NCBI GenBank assembly: GCA_041398005.1
Contig: JAWKVP010000003.1
Span: 55,607-119,606 of the forward strand
Reading direction: 5' to 3'
DNA: 64,000 nt
From: Geminicoccaceae bacterium
GTDB lineage: Bacteria > Pseudomonadota > Alphaproteobacteria > Geminicoccales > Geminicoccaceae
Positions 39,050-47,125 of this stretch are shown here, piece after piece (the stretch's first letter is position 1; every line of letters starts with the position of its first letter). A program made the position numbers and the translations under genes. The notes under the pieces are model-generated. The model was not told where the DNA came from and did no database searches. It worked only from the letters and a program-made list of their open reading frames with translations.

Positions 39050-39311
39050 GCGGTGGCGGAATTGGCACCGCGCCGTGGTCAATGACGTTGCTTTCCTTCG
39101 GCTGGCATGGAAATCCGCGCAGTTGCGGCAGTCTTTTCCAGCAGATGACATTCCCCGATCGACAGCTTGACCGGATCCCCGGCATTGGCGCAGATGATCG
39201 GGTCGGTCCGCGGGCAAGGGAAGCGAAACCTCCGCGACAAGGAAGTCCCTGTACCGGCCCCGTGCGGCCGCGGGGTCGGGCATTTGCATGTCCGGTCGAG
39301 GAGTTTCCATC

Positions 39312-39974
39312 GTGGCAAGGGATACCCGTTCGTTCGCGATCATCGGTCTCGGCGCGTTCGGCAGTACGGTGGCGTCGGAACTGGAACGTTTCGGAAACCG
39401 GGTGATCGGGATCGATCTCGACGACCGGCGCGTCGCGCAGATGGTGCCGGTCCTGTCATCCGCCCTGATTCTGGACGCGACCGATGAGGCAGCGCTCCGC
39501 GAGGCGGGGATCGACCAGTACGATGTGGCACTGATCGCCATCGGGCGCGATATTCAGGCGAGCATCCTGACCACGATGCACATCAAGATGCTGGGCATCG
39601 ACACGATCTGGGTGAAGGCGTCGAACCGGACGCATCATCGCATCCTGTCGAAACTGGGCGCCGATCGGGTGATCCTGCCGGAACAGGAGATGGGGCGACA
39701 CATCGCCCAGATGCTGAACAACCCCGTCGTGCAGGACTATGTCAGCCTCGGAAACGGTTTCAGCGTGGTGAATATCGTCATTCCGGAGAGCATGGCGGGA
39801 CGTCAACTTTCAACGCTGAAGATCGGGACGGCATTCGACGTGCGGCTTCTCGGCCTGATGCGCGGCACCGAGTATCGCTCATGCGACGATACCGGCATGG
39901 TGCTGGAGGAGGACGACAAGCTGATCCTTCTCGGCAAACGGCCGGAGTTGCGCCGTTTCGGTGATGCATTTTGA
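39312..39974 (+). CDS. K+ uptake regulatory subunit, RCK/TrkA-N domain (KtrA/TrkA-like)
   Basis: FAIIGLGAFGSTVASEL Rossmann GxGxxG motif, about 220 aa. GTG 39312 is preceded by GAGGAG; the ORF opens at 39288. The stop overlaps the start of the next gene. Confidence 0.85.
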   Translation: MARDTRSFAIIGLGAFGSTVASELERFGNRVIGIDLDDRRVAQMVPVLSSALILDATDEAALREAGIDQYDVALIAIGRDIQASILTTMHIKMLGIDTIWVKASNRTHHRILSKLGADRVILPEQEMGRHIAQMLNNPVVQDYVSLGNGFSVVNIVIPESMAGRQLSTLKIGTAFDVRLLGLMRGTEYRSCDDTGMVLEEDDKLILLGKRPELRRFGDAF

Positions 39975-41335
39975 GCCGCAGCCCGATTGCCATGGGCAGC
40001 GTTCTCCGGAATGCCCGGGCCACGCTTGCGACGGCGCCGCCGCCATTGATCCTTGCCGCCCTCTACGCGGTCCTGATCGTCATGGGTGCTGCGGTTCTCA
40101 TGCTGCCCGTCTCGCACACCGTTGCAATCACCTGGTCCGACGCACTCTTCACCTCGACATCGGCGGTCACCGTGACCGGGCTCGTCGTCCTCGATACCGG
40201 CGCCGACCTGACCCTGTTCGGGCAGATGACGGTGGCCTTCCTGATCCAGATGGGCGGCCTCGGCCTGATGACCTTTGCGGCGCTGATCCTCGGCGCCCTC
40301 GGGCTGCCGGTCGGGATCACCGGCAGGATCTATCTTCGTGACGATCTCAACCAGAGTTCGGTGAACCAGCTTTCGAGACTGGTCGTCACGATCCTCAAGG
40401 CGGTCGCATTCTGCGAAATCGTCGGCGCCCTGCTGCTGGCGCTGACCTTCGTGCCGCAATACGGTTTCGCGCGAGGCATGTGGGAAGCGGTCTTCCACTC
40501 GATCTCGGCCTTCAACAATGCCGGATTCTCGACATTCGCGGACGGGCTCGCCGGTTACGCCACCGATCCCGTCGTGAACAGTGTCATTCCGGCACTCTTC
40601 ATCGTCGGCGGCATCGGCTATGTCGTTCTGCACGACATCTTCAGCCGGAAGAACTGGCGCGCCTGGAGCCTGCACACCAAGATCATGCTGCTGGGAACAG
40701 CCATTCTGATCCCCTGGTCGGTCGGCATGTTCGCCTTTCTGGAATGGGACAATCCCGGCACGCTTGGACAGTTCGACAGCATCTGGGCGAGGCTCACCGT
40801 CAGCTGGTTTCAGGGTGTCACGACGCGCACGGCGGGCTTCAACACGACCGACATCGGCGCAATGCATGACAGCACGTCGATGATGTTCATTTCGCTGATG
40901 CTGATCGGCGGCGGACCGACCTCGACCGCCGGCGGCATCAAGGTGACGACCTTCGTCGTGATGATCATCGCCACGATTGCCTTCTTCCGCAGGCAGCAGC
41001 AGCTTCACCTGTTCGGACGCAGCATCGTGTTCGAGCAGGTCCTCAAGGTCATGGCCCTGACCTCGATCAGCGTGATCCTCGTTTTCGTCGGCGTCTTCCT
41101 GCTGACCGTATCCCATGACGGGGATTTCCTCGACATCAGCTTCGAGGTCGCGAGCGCATTCGGCACCGTCGGCCTGTCCCGCGGCTATACCGGCGAACTG
41201 TCCGGGTTCGGACGAACCGTGATCGTCATCATCATGTTCCTCGGCCGGGTGGGGCCGCTCACACTCGGCTTCTTCCTCGCAACCAAGGTGGCACCGCGTG
41301 TCCGTTACCCCGAAAGCAACGTCTATCTGGGATGA
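39971..41335 (+). CDS. K+ transporter membrane subunit (TrkH/KtrB family)
   Basis: 454 aa, polytopic. Repeated pore-loop motifs (TSAVTVTGL, FNNAGFS, TTRTAGFNT, TSTAGGIKVTT). Confidence 0.9.
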   Translation: MSRSPIAMGSVLRNARATLATAPPPLILAALYAVLIVMGAAVLMLPVSHTVAITWSDALFTSTSAVTVTGLVVLDTGADLTLFGQMTVAFLIQMGGLGLMTFAALILGALGLPVGITGRIYLRDDLNQSSVNQLSRLVVTILKAVAFCEIVGALLLALTFVPQYGFARGMWEAVFHSISAFNNAGFSTFADGLAGYATDPVVNSVIPALFIVGGIGYVVLHDIFSRKNWRAWSLHTKIMLLGTAILIPWSVGMFAFLEWDNPGTLGQFDSIWARLTVSWFQGVTTRTAGFNTTDIGAMHDSTSMMFISLMLIGGGPTSTAGGIKVTTFVVMIIATIAFFRRQQQLHLFGRSIVFEQVLKVMALTSISVILVFVGVFLLTVSHDGDFLDISFEVASAFGTVGLSRGYTGELSGFGRTVIVIIMFLGRVGPLTLGFFLATKVAPRVRYPESNVYLG

Positions 41336-41353
41336 CGCCGTCCCGGCCCCGGA

Positions 41354-41788
41354 TCAGTCATAGACGGCGACCGCCTGTGCGATGCCGTGTTCGCTGTCGC
41401 TGCTTTCGCGCATGGTATCGAAGAACGCGCGGCCGATGCTCTGCCACGCATGTTCGAGCGGTTCGTCCCATGCCTCGCCGAGCATCTCGGCGAGAAGCGA
41501 GACCCAGCAATGGCAAAGCATCTCGTAGTCGCGACTGCGGACACCGATCGTGGCGAGATCGCGGCCCGAACGTTGCAGCATGGGTTCGATGTTCTGCCAG
41601 TAGAGCGCACAGCGTGCCGCTTCGAGCAGGGCCATGGCGAGCTGATCCGACGGCTCGCCGCGCAGACGCTCGCCGAGTTCCGGCAGGATACCCGTCACGC
41701 GGGCGGCAAATCCCCTGGCCAGCAGGGAACGCTGTCCCGCGAGGAGCACGAGACTTCGACGAAGTTGATGGTAATCGACCTGGTTCAT
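41354..41788 (-). CDS. Globin-fold protein (single-domain bacterial globin-like) apparently lacking the proximal His and B10 Tyr
   Basis: 144 aa. It lines up by eye with the approximately 140-aa bacterial globin pattern: ...FY.RLF...P....LF ... LG.RH..YGV...Y.....L...L...LG......AW. Here the matching segments read GFAARVTGILPELGERL ... SGRDLATIGVRSRDYEMLCHCWVSLLAEMLG...EHAW. Confidence 0.6.
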   Translation of the reverse strand: MNQVDYHQLRRSLVLLAGQRSLLARGFAARVTGILPELGERLRGEPSDQLAMALLEAARCALYWQNIEPMLQRSGRDLATIGVRSRDYEMLCHCWVSLLAEMLGEAWDEPLEHAWQSIGRAFFDTMRESSDSEHGIAQAVAVYD

Positions 41789-41859
41789 TCTCTTCCCGGT
41801 CCGGCTTTGACGATGCAGGATCAGGATAGGGAAACGGGTTTAAGGCTTCGTGAAAGGTC

Positions 41860-41878
41860 GGCGGATTTCCGCCTTTTT
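41860..41878. terminator. Short GC hairpin with a T5 run between the GNAT and globin-like genes
   Basis: GGCGGA-TT-TCCGCC (41860-41873) followed by TTTTT on the plus strand. On the coding (minus) strand the A-run precedes the hairpin, so the orientation is ambiguous. Confidence 0.4.
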
Positions 41879-41886
41879 CTTCCGGA

Positions 41887-42408
41887 TCAGCCCTCGAGAC
41901 TCCGGGCGAGCATGACCACTTCCTTTTCACCCGGCACATGCACGAGGCGGCCGACCGGTTCGAAGCCGAGGCGCCTGTGAAAGGCGAGCGAGCCCGGATT
42001 CGGCGGAACTGCATTGACCTCACAGAAGATCCAGGGGGCGCCGGCGGCGAATTCGCGGATGAATGCGCCGTAGAGGGCCCTTCCCGCCCCCGTCCCCCGC
42101 GCGGCTGCGTCGATCATGATCCGGTCGACATAGATGAAGCTTGCATGGCGCTGGTCGAACCAGCGGTAGTTCGGGCTCCCGTATGGTGCCCGTTCGCGCA
42201 GTCCGAGCAGTGCGCCGACCGGCCGGCCGTCGATGAAGGCAGCACCCAGCCAGTGCGGCATGGCCAGCCGTTCGCCGAGCCCGGCGGCGTCCATCCACCC
42301 GACTTCGGGCACATTCGCGGCATTGAGTTCGAGCAGCCAGTCATGGAACTCCGGCCCGATCGCCCGCACCTCCGGCGCCGCTCCTGCATGGTCGTTCTTC
42401 ACCGGCAT
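41887..42408 (-). CDS. GNAT-family N-acetyltransferase (COG3818-like)
   Basis: LNAANVPEVGWMD...SPNYRWF...FIYVDRIMIDAAARGTGAGRALY...CEVNAVPPNPGSLAFHRRLGFEPVG. ATG 42408 lies 1 nt after the upstream binding-protein stop (TGA-C-ATG). Confidence 0.8.
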   Translation of the reverse strand: MPVKNDHAGAAPEVRAIGPEFHDWLLELNAANVPEVGWMDAAGLGERLAMPHWLGAAFIDGRPVGALLGLRERAPYGSPNYRWFDQRHASFIYVDRIMIDAAARGTGAGRALYGAFIREFAAGAPWIFCEVNAVPPNPGSLAFHRRLGFEPVGRLVHVPGEKEVVMLARSLEG

Positions 42409-42409
42409 G

Positions 42410-43981
42410 TCAGCCCTCCTCCAGCCAGACATCCTCGAAATGCATCTCGAAGGTCGGATGCATGCGGTCATTCCGGACGCGGGGAAGGCTGTGCTTGTAG
42501 AGCGAGCGCCAGTAGGGCTGGATGATGACCCCCGAATCCCGAAGGATGGTCTCGATATCCCTCATCACCGCGCGGCGCTTTCCGGCATCGGCGATGGCAA
42601 GCGCCTCCTCGAGCTTCGCGTCGAATTGCGGATCGCTCAGGCCCGTTTCGTTCCACGCCTCGCCGGTCCGGTAGGCCAGTGCCAGAACCTGCACGCCAAG
42701 CGGCCGCATGTTCCAGTTGGTGACCGAGAACGGATATCGGGTCCAGTTGTCCCAGAAGGTGGAGCCCGGCAGGATCGACCGCCTGACCTTGAAACCGGCC
42801 TCGCGAAGCTGGGCGGCGACGGCATCGGCGGTGTTCTTGCGATAATCGTCGTCGATGGAGATGAGTTCGTGCTCGAAATCCATCTGCCCCGCCTCCTCCA
42901 TCAATGCCCGCGCCCTGTCGAGATCGCGCCCGATCTTCGGCAATTGCGCATATTCGGGGTGCATCGGACCGACATGGTGGTTCTCCGCGACACTGCCGAA
43001 GCCGCCGAGCCCCGCCTGCAGCACCATTTCATTGTCGACCGCGAGCTGCAGGGCGTTTCGCACGCGCCGGTCACCATAGGGTGCCGCGCCGACATGGGTG
43101 CGGACCACGACCGTCGAGGCCGTGACGACCTCCGATTTCACCAGCCCCTCGCGATCCATCGTTTCGATGAAATCGCCGACCGTCTGGTAGTTGGTGTGGA
43201 TCTCCCGGGCCCGGAATGCGTCGATCTCGGCGGCCGGATCGGTGCCGAGGTCCAGCCATTCGATACCGTCGAGCCAGACATCGCCTCCCCACCAGCCGTC
43301 GCGACGGCTCACCGAAGCGCTGGCCCCCACCTCGAGACGGTCGAGCCGGAAGGGACCGGTGCCGATCGGGTTGGCGGAGAGATCGGCGCCATCCGCATCG
43401 AAATCCCGGTGCACGATCAGTGCCGGGTAGTCGGACATTCCGGGGATGATGGTGATGTCGGCCTTGGGCAGATGAAGTTTCACGGTATGATCGTCGACCC
43501 TCTCGATGACGCCGTCGCCGACCCGGCCCGTGTCCACATCGATGAGGGTCGCCATGCGCCCGGCCATCGAATTGCCGGTGACACCCTTTTCGCACCAGCG
43601 GCTGATATTGTGGATGACATCGTCGGCCGTGAAATCGTCGCCATTGCTCCACGTCACACCCTTGCGCACATGGAGCGTGTATTCGGTGGCATCGTCATTC
43701 ACCTCCCAGCTCTCGAGCAGCCAGGGCCTGAATGTGCAGTCATGGGTGTAGCGAACGAGCGGCTCGATGACCTGACGGGCGACATTGGCCATTTCGGACC
43801 AGTCGAAGGTCCGCGGATCGACCACGGGACGCACGCTCATCGACACCTTCAGGACACCTCCGCGCCGGCCGTCTGCCGTGCGGGCGGTAGCGGGCGGCGC
43901 CATGCCGATCATGCCCCAGGCGGCGGCGGTGGTCGCACCGAAGGCGCTGGCAAGCCCGAGAAACTCCCGACGGCCGATCAT
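42410..43981 (-). CDS. Orphan ABC substrate-binding protein, family 5, with Tat signal
   Basis: The likely N-terminus is [23 protein letters not shown] (ATG 43981). The ORF can extend to ATG 44056. No permease or ATPase genes are adjacent. Confidence 0.8.
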   Translation of the reverse strand: MIGRREFLGLASAFGATTAAAWGMIGMAPPATARTADGRRGGVLKVSMSVRPVVDPRTFDWSEMANVARQVIEPLVRYTHDCTFRPWLLESWEVNDDATEYTLHVRKGVTWSNGDDFTADDVIHNISRWCEKGVTGNSMAGRMATLIDVDTGRVGDGVIERVDDHTVKLHLPKADITIIPGMSDYPALIVHRDFDADGADLSANPIGTGPFRLDRLEVGASASVSRRDGWWGGDVWLDGIEWLDLGTDPAAEIDAFRAREIHTNYQTVGDFIETMDREGLVKSEVVTASTVVVRTHVGAAPYGDRRVRNALQLAVDNEMVLQAGLGGFGSVAENHHVGPMHPEYAQLPKIGRDLDRARALMEEAGQMDFEHELISIDDDYRKNTADAVAAQLREAGFKVRRSILPGSTFWDNWTRYPFSVTNWNMRPLGVQVLALAYRTGEAWNETGLSDPQFDAKLEEALAIADAGKRRAVMRDIETILRDSGVIIQPYWRSLYKHSLPRVRNDRMHPTFEMHFEDVWLEEG

Positions 43982-44035
43982 TCCGGCAGCGAGATTGCTC
44001 CTGAAAACCCTCAGGAAAGGATGTTCGCGGTCGCG

Positions 44036-44067
44036 CTTGCACTTGCACTTGCGCATGAGGGGGGGGG
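44036..44067. repeat. Simple-sequence repeats: (CTTGCA)x3 followed by a G9 homopolymer
   Basis: CTTGCA CTTGCA CTTGCG (44036-44053), then GCATGA, then GGGGGGGGG (44059-44067). On the coding strand this reads C9-TCATGC-(GCAAGT)n at the extended 5' end of the binding-protein ORF. Confidence 0.9.
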
Positions 44068-44158
44068 TCTCCGGGATGCCTCTGCTTGCGGGAAGGATGC
44101 GGATCGCCCGTCGGCGTCGCGAACCCCCGGAATGCAGGAATTATTCATGGACAATTTC

Positions 44159-44181
44159 AACCATATGGATAATATATGGTT
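44159..44181. promoter_or_regulatory. 8-bp inverted repeat in an AT-rich patch upstream of the binding protein-GNAT module
   Basis: AACCATAT-GGATAAT-ATATGGTT. Confidence 0.4.
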
Positions 44182-44188
44182 CGTCCAC

Positions 44189-44219
44189 CCTGTTCTTGCA
44201 GGCAGGGACCTGTTCTTGC
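44189..44219. repeat. 11-bp direct repeat with 20-bp phasing
   Basis: CCTGTTCTTGC occurs at 44189-44199 and again at 44209-44219. Confidence 0.85.
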
Positions 44220-44238
44220 GGACATCGAGGCCGGTGTT

Positions 44239-45021
44239 TCAGGGCGTGCAGATCGAACGCTGGGTTGCCTCGCGGATGAATCGGACGATCTCGATCACCC
44301 GCTCATTGTCGGTATAGAACTCGGCGACCTCGGCCAGCCGGTCGGCGAAGGTTCCCTCGCTCTCGAAGAGCATTCGATAGGCCTGCCGTATCACATGGAT
44401 TTCGTCATGGCCGATGCCCCGCCGCTTCATCCCCACCGTGTTGAGCCCGGAGAGATGCGCGCGATTGCCCATGACCGACCCGTAGGGAATGACATCGCGC
44501 TCGACCCCGCTCATGCCGCCGATCATCGCATGCGGGCCGATGCGGACATACTGGTGAACGGCGGAAAGCCCGCCGATGATCGCGTGGTCACCGACCCTGA
44601 CATGCCCGCCGAGGGTCGCATTGTTGGCCATCACCACATGGTTGCCGATCTGGCAGTCATGCGCCACATGGGTGGTCGCCATGAGCAGGCAGTCATTGCC
44701 CACGCGCGTGACCATTCCGCCACGCTCGGTCCCCGGATGCAGTGTGGCATGTTCGCGGATGACCGTGCGCGCGCCGACGACGAGTTCCGATGGTTCGCCA
44801 TCATACTTCATGTCCTGCGGCGGCTGGCCGACGACCGCGAAGGAATGGATGCGACACCCTTCGCCGATCCGCGTGCGTCCATCCACGACCACATGCGACA
44901 GGAGCTCGCAGCCATCCGCGACATGGACATCGGCACCGATCACGCAATAGGGGCCGACCGCTACGCCGGAACCTATGACGGCACGACCATGGATGATGGC
45001 CGTCGGGTGGATCACCGACAT
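44239..45021 (-). CDS. lpxA: Acyl-ACP--UDP-N-acetylglucosamine O-acyltransferase
   Basis: MSVIHPTAIIHGRAVIGSGVAVGPYCVIG hexapeptide repeats, about 260 aa. It lies directly after fabZ; its ATG 45021 is 1 nt after the fabZ stop. Confidence 0.92.
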   Translation of the reverse strand: MSVIHPTAIIHGRAVIGSGVAVGPYCVIGADVHVADGCELLSHVVVDGRTRIGEGCRIHSFAVVGQPPQDMKYDGEPSELVVGARTVIREHATLHPGTERGGMVTRVGNDCLLMATTHVAHDCQIGNHVVMANNATLGGHVRVGDHAIIGGLSAVHQYVRIGPHAMIGGMSGVERDVIPYGSVMGNRAHLSGLNTVGMKRRGIGHDEIHVIRQAYRMLFESEGTFADRLAEVAEFYTDNERVIEIVRFIREATQRSICTP

Positions 45022-45022
45022 T

Positions 45023-45496
45023 TCAGGCGTCCAGAACCTTGGCCGTGAATTTGGTCTCGGCGACGAGGGTTCCGCCAATGCGCGCCTTGCCCGAGAAACG
45101 CCAGATGCCGAGCTTCTGCCGCTCCTTGACGACCTCGAGTTCGAGCAGGACGCCGGGCCTTACCGGCTGACGGAAGCGTGCATCGTCGATGGCCATGAAA
45201 TAGACGCTGTCGCCCTCGCCGGCACGCGCGCGCGAAGCCACGGTGAGGACCGCCGCGGTCTGTGCCATGGCCTCGATGATGAGGACACCGGGCATGATCG
45301 GATCGCCCGGAAAGTGCCCCTGGAAGAACGGCTCGTTGAGCGTCACGCCCTTGATCCCGACAGCCCGCTCGAATGCCGCGATCCCGGTGACACGATCGAC
45401 CAGCAGGAAGGGGTAGCGATGGGGAATCATCCGCGTGATGTCTTGCGCCTCGACATCATCGAGCGGTGTTCCCGGTTCGAAGGCCTGATCACTCAT
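45023..45496 (-). CDS. fabZ: 3-hydroxyacyl-ACP dehydratase
   Basis: IPHRYPFLLVDRV and FFQGHFPGDPIMPGVLIIEAMAQ. ATG 45496 overlaps the end of lpxD; ATG 45514 is an alternative start. Confidence 0.93.
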   Translation of the reverse strand: MSDQAFEPGTPLDDVEAQDITRMIPHRYPFLLVDRVTGIAAFERAVGIKGVTLNEPFFQGHFPGDPIMPGVLIIEAMAQTAAVLTVASRARAGEGDSVYFMAIDDARFRQPVRPGVLLELEVVKERQKLGIWRFSGKARIGGTLVAETKFTAKVLDA

Positions 45497-46550
45497 CAGC
45501 CTCTTCTCCTTCATTGTTTCGGCCCTGACGCGCAAGCCGGCGCAGGGTCGCGACTTCACGTCGCCACCGGGTCACCGGCTGTGCTGGAAAACCTCCGTAG
45601 ACGCTTCCGTCCGGAATGTCGCGTGTCACGCCGGACCGCGCGGCAATCCGTACGCCATCGCCGATCCGCAGATGCCCCGAAACCCCGCTCTGCCCACCCA
45701 GGACCGACCGCGCGCCGACCCCGCTGCTGCCGGAGATCCCGGTTTGCGCGACGATCACCGCACCGTCACCGACGCGGACATTGTGGGCGACCATCACGAG
45801 GTTGTCGATCCGGCAATGGTCGCCGATCACCGTGTCGCCGAGACTGCCGCGGTGAATCGTGACATTGGCACCAAGGCGCGCACCACGTCCGACGAGAACC
45901 CGTCCGAGCTGGGGTATGTCCTCATAGGGGAACGTGCCCATGGCGAAACCGAACCCGGCCTCGCCGATCACCGCTCCCGCCTGAACGACGACCTCCTCGC
46001 CGAGCAGGGCATGACTGATCTTCACGCCACTGCCGATCCGCGACCCGGCGCCGATCACCACACCCGGTCCGATCACCGCGAGCGCGCCGACAGTCACGTC
46101 GCCGCCGATCCGCGAACCCGCCTGAACGACGGCACCGGGTCCGACACGCACGGATTCCGCCAGGCTCGCGCGGCGATCCACCAGCGCATGGCCATATCGG
46201 CTGTCCGCCTCGAATTCCGCCTCCGCCGGTTCATCCTGCCGATAGAAGGTCCGGGCAATGCGCGCAAATGCGAGCTGCGGATCGTCGACCACCAGAAGGG
46301 TGCAGGCAGCAGGAGCAGCATCGACCAGCTCCGGCGACAGGACGAGCATTCCCGCCCGCGTCGCCGCGGCATCGTCGCGATAGCGCGCGGCACCGAGAAA
46401 TGCGACATCGGCGCCCGTGGCATCCGCGAGCGTCGCCACATCGAAAAGGCTCCGTCCGCCATCGCCGGTGATCTGGCCACAGCCGGCCGCGGCCGCGAGC
46501 TCGCCAGCCGAAAAGGGGCCGGAACGGCGGAAGAATCGTGTATCCGCCAC
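45489..46550 (-). CDS. lpxD: UDP-3-O-acylglucosamine N-acyltransferase
   Basis: 353 aa. N-terminal domain MADTRFFRRSGPFSAGELAAAAG, then long left-handed beta-helix hexapeptide repeats. Confidence 0.92.
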   Translation of the reverse strand: MADTRFFRRSGPFSAGELAAAAGCGQITGDGGRSLFDVATLADATGADVAFLGAARYRDDAAATRAGMLVLSPELVDAAPAACTLLVVDDPQLAFARIARTFYRQDEPAEAEFEADSRYGHALVDRRASLAESVRVGPGAVVQAGSRIGGDVTVGALAVIGPGVVIGAGSRIGSGVKISHALLGEEVVVQAGAVIGEAGFGFAMGTFPYEDIPQLGRVLVGRGARLGANVTIHRGSLGDTVIGDHCRIDNLVMVAHNVRVGDGAVIVAQTGISGSSGVGARSVLGGQSGVSGHLRIGDGVRIAARSGVTRDIPDGSVYGGFPAQPVTRWRREVATLRRLARQGRNNEGEEADE

Positions 46551-46554
46551 GCTG

Positions 46555-47115
46555 CTAGTCGGACGCCGCGGCCTGAAGCGCCACGTCGGGCAGCTTGGCG
46601 TCCAGTCGGGTCAGGACTTCTTCGGTGAGATCGATGCGCGGCGAGAACAGCAGCACGCCCGAACTCGGCAGAACGACATTGAAACCGGCATGTTCGGCGA
46701 GTTCGCCCACCACCTCGATGAGCATGTTGCGAACCTGCGAAAGGGCCGCCGATGACACGTCGTCGAGCTGGCGCCTTCGCTCCTGGACCATCCGCTGGAC
46801 TTCCGCAACATCGTCCTCGAACGTCTGTCGCTTGTCCGCATAGGCCTCGGCGGAAAGGAGCGTGCGCTGCTTGGTCAGCGCCTTGTCCTCATCATGCAGG
46901 CGCTGTTCCTCGCGGGCGATCTGGTCCTGGTAACGCTTGCGCCGCGCCTCGACCTGCGCGCGGATGCTCTGGGCGGCCTTCGCGTCGCGAAGGATCCGTT
47001 GATAATCGATCACCGCCGCGACCGCAGGCTCGAGCGGCTTCACCGTCTGGCCTGCCACGGGCGCCGGCAGGACCAGCCAGACGAATGCAAATGCGGCGGC
47101 AAGCAGACGGACCAT
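46555..47115 (-). CDS. skp: Periplasmic chaperone OmpH/Skp
   Basis: Signal MVRLLAAAFAFVWLVLPAPVAGQ. Coiled-coil body rich in Q, R, E and K. Positioned between bamA and lpxD. The track ORF extends upstream to 47298, into bamA. Confidence 0.85.
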   Translation of the reverse strand: MVRLLAAAFAFVWLVLPAPVAGQTVKPLEPAVAAVIDYQRILRDAKAAQSIRAQVEARRKRYQDQIAREEQRLHDEDKALTKQRTLLSAEAYADKRQTFEDDVAEVQRMVQERRRQLDDVSSAALSQVRNMLIEVVGELAEHAGFNVVLPSSGVLLFSPRIDLTEEVLTRLDAKLPDVALQAAASD

Positions 47116-47125
47116 CGTCGTTACC

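Noticed and set aside
42233-44317. Other very long shadow ORFs listed in the track, for example 42233-44317 plus (694 aa), 24923-26923 minus (666 aa), 7759-9669 plus (636 aa), 10630-12246 minus (538 aa) and 61686-63359 minus (557 aa).
   Set aside because: Each lies opposite, or out of frame with, a gene that has clear family motifs. They are Arg/Gly/Pro-rich, lack motifs and have no plausible SD. These are typical high-GC artefacts.
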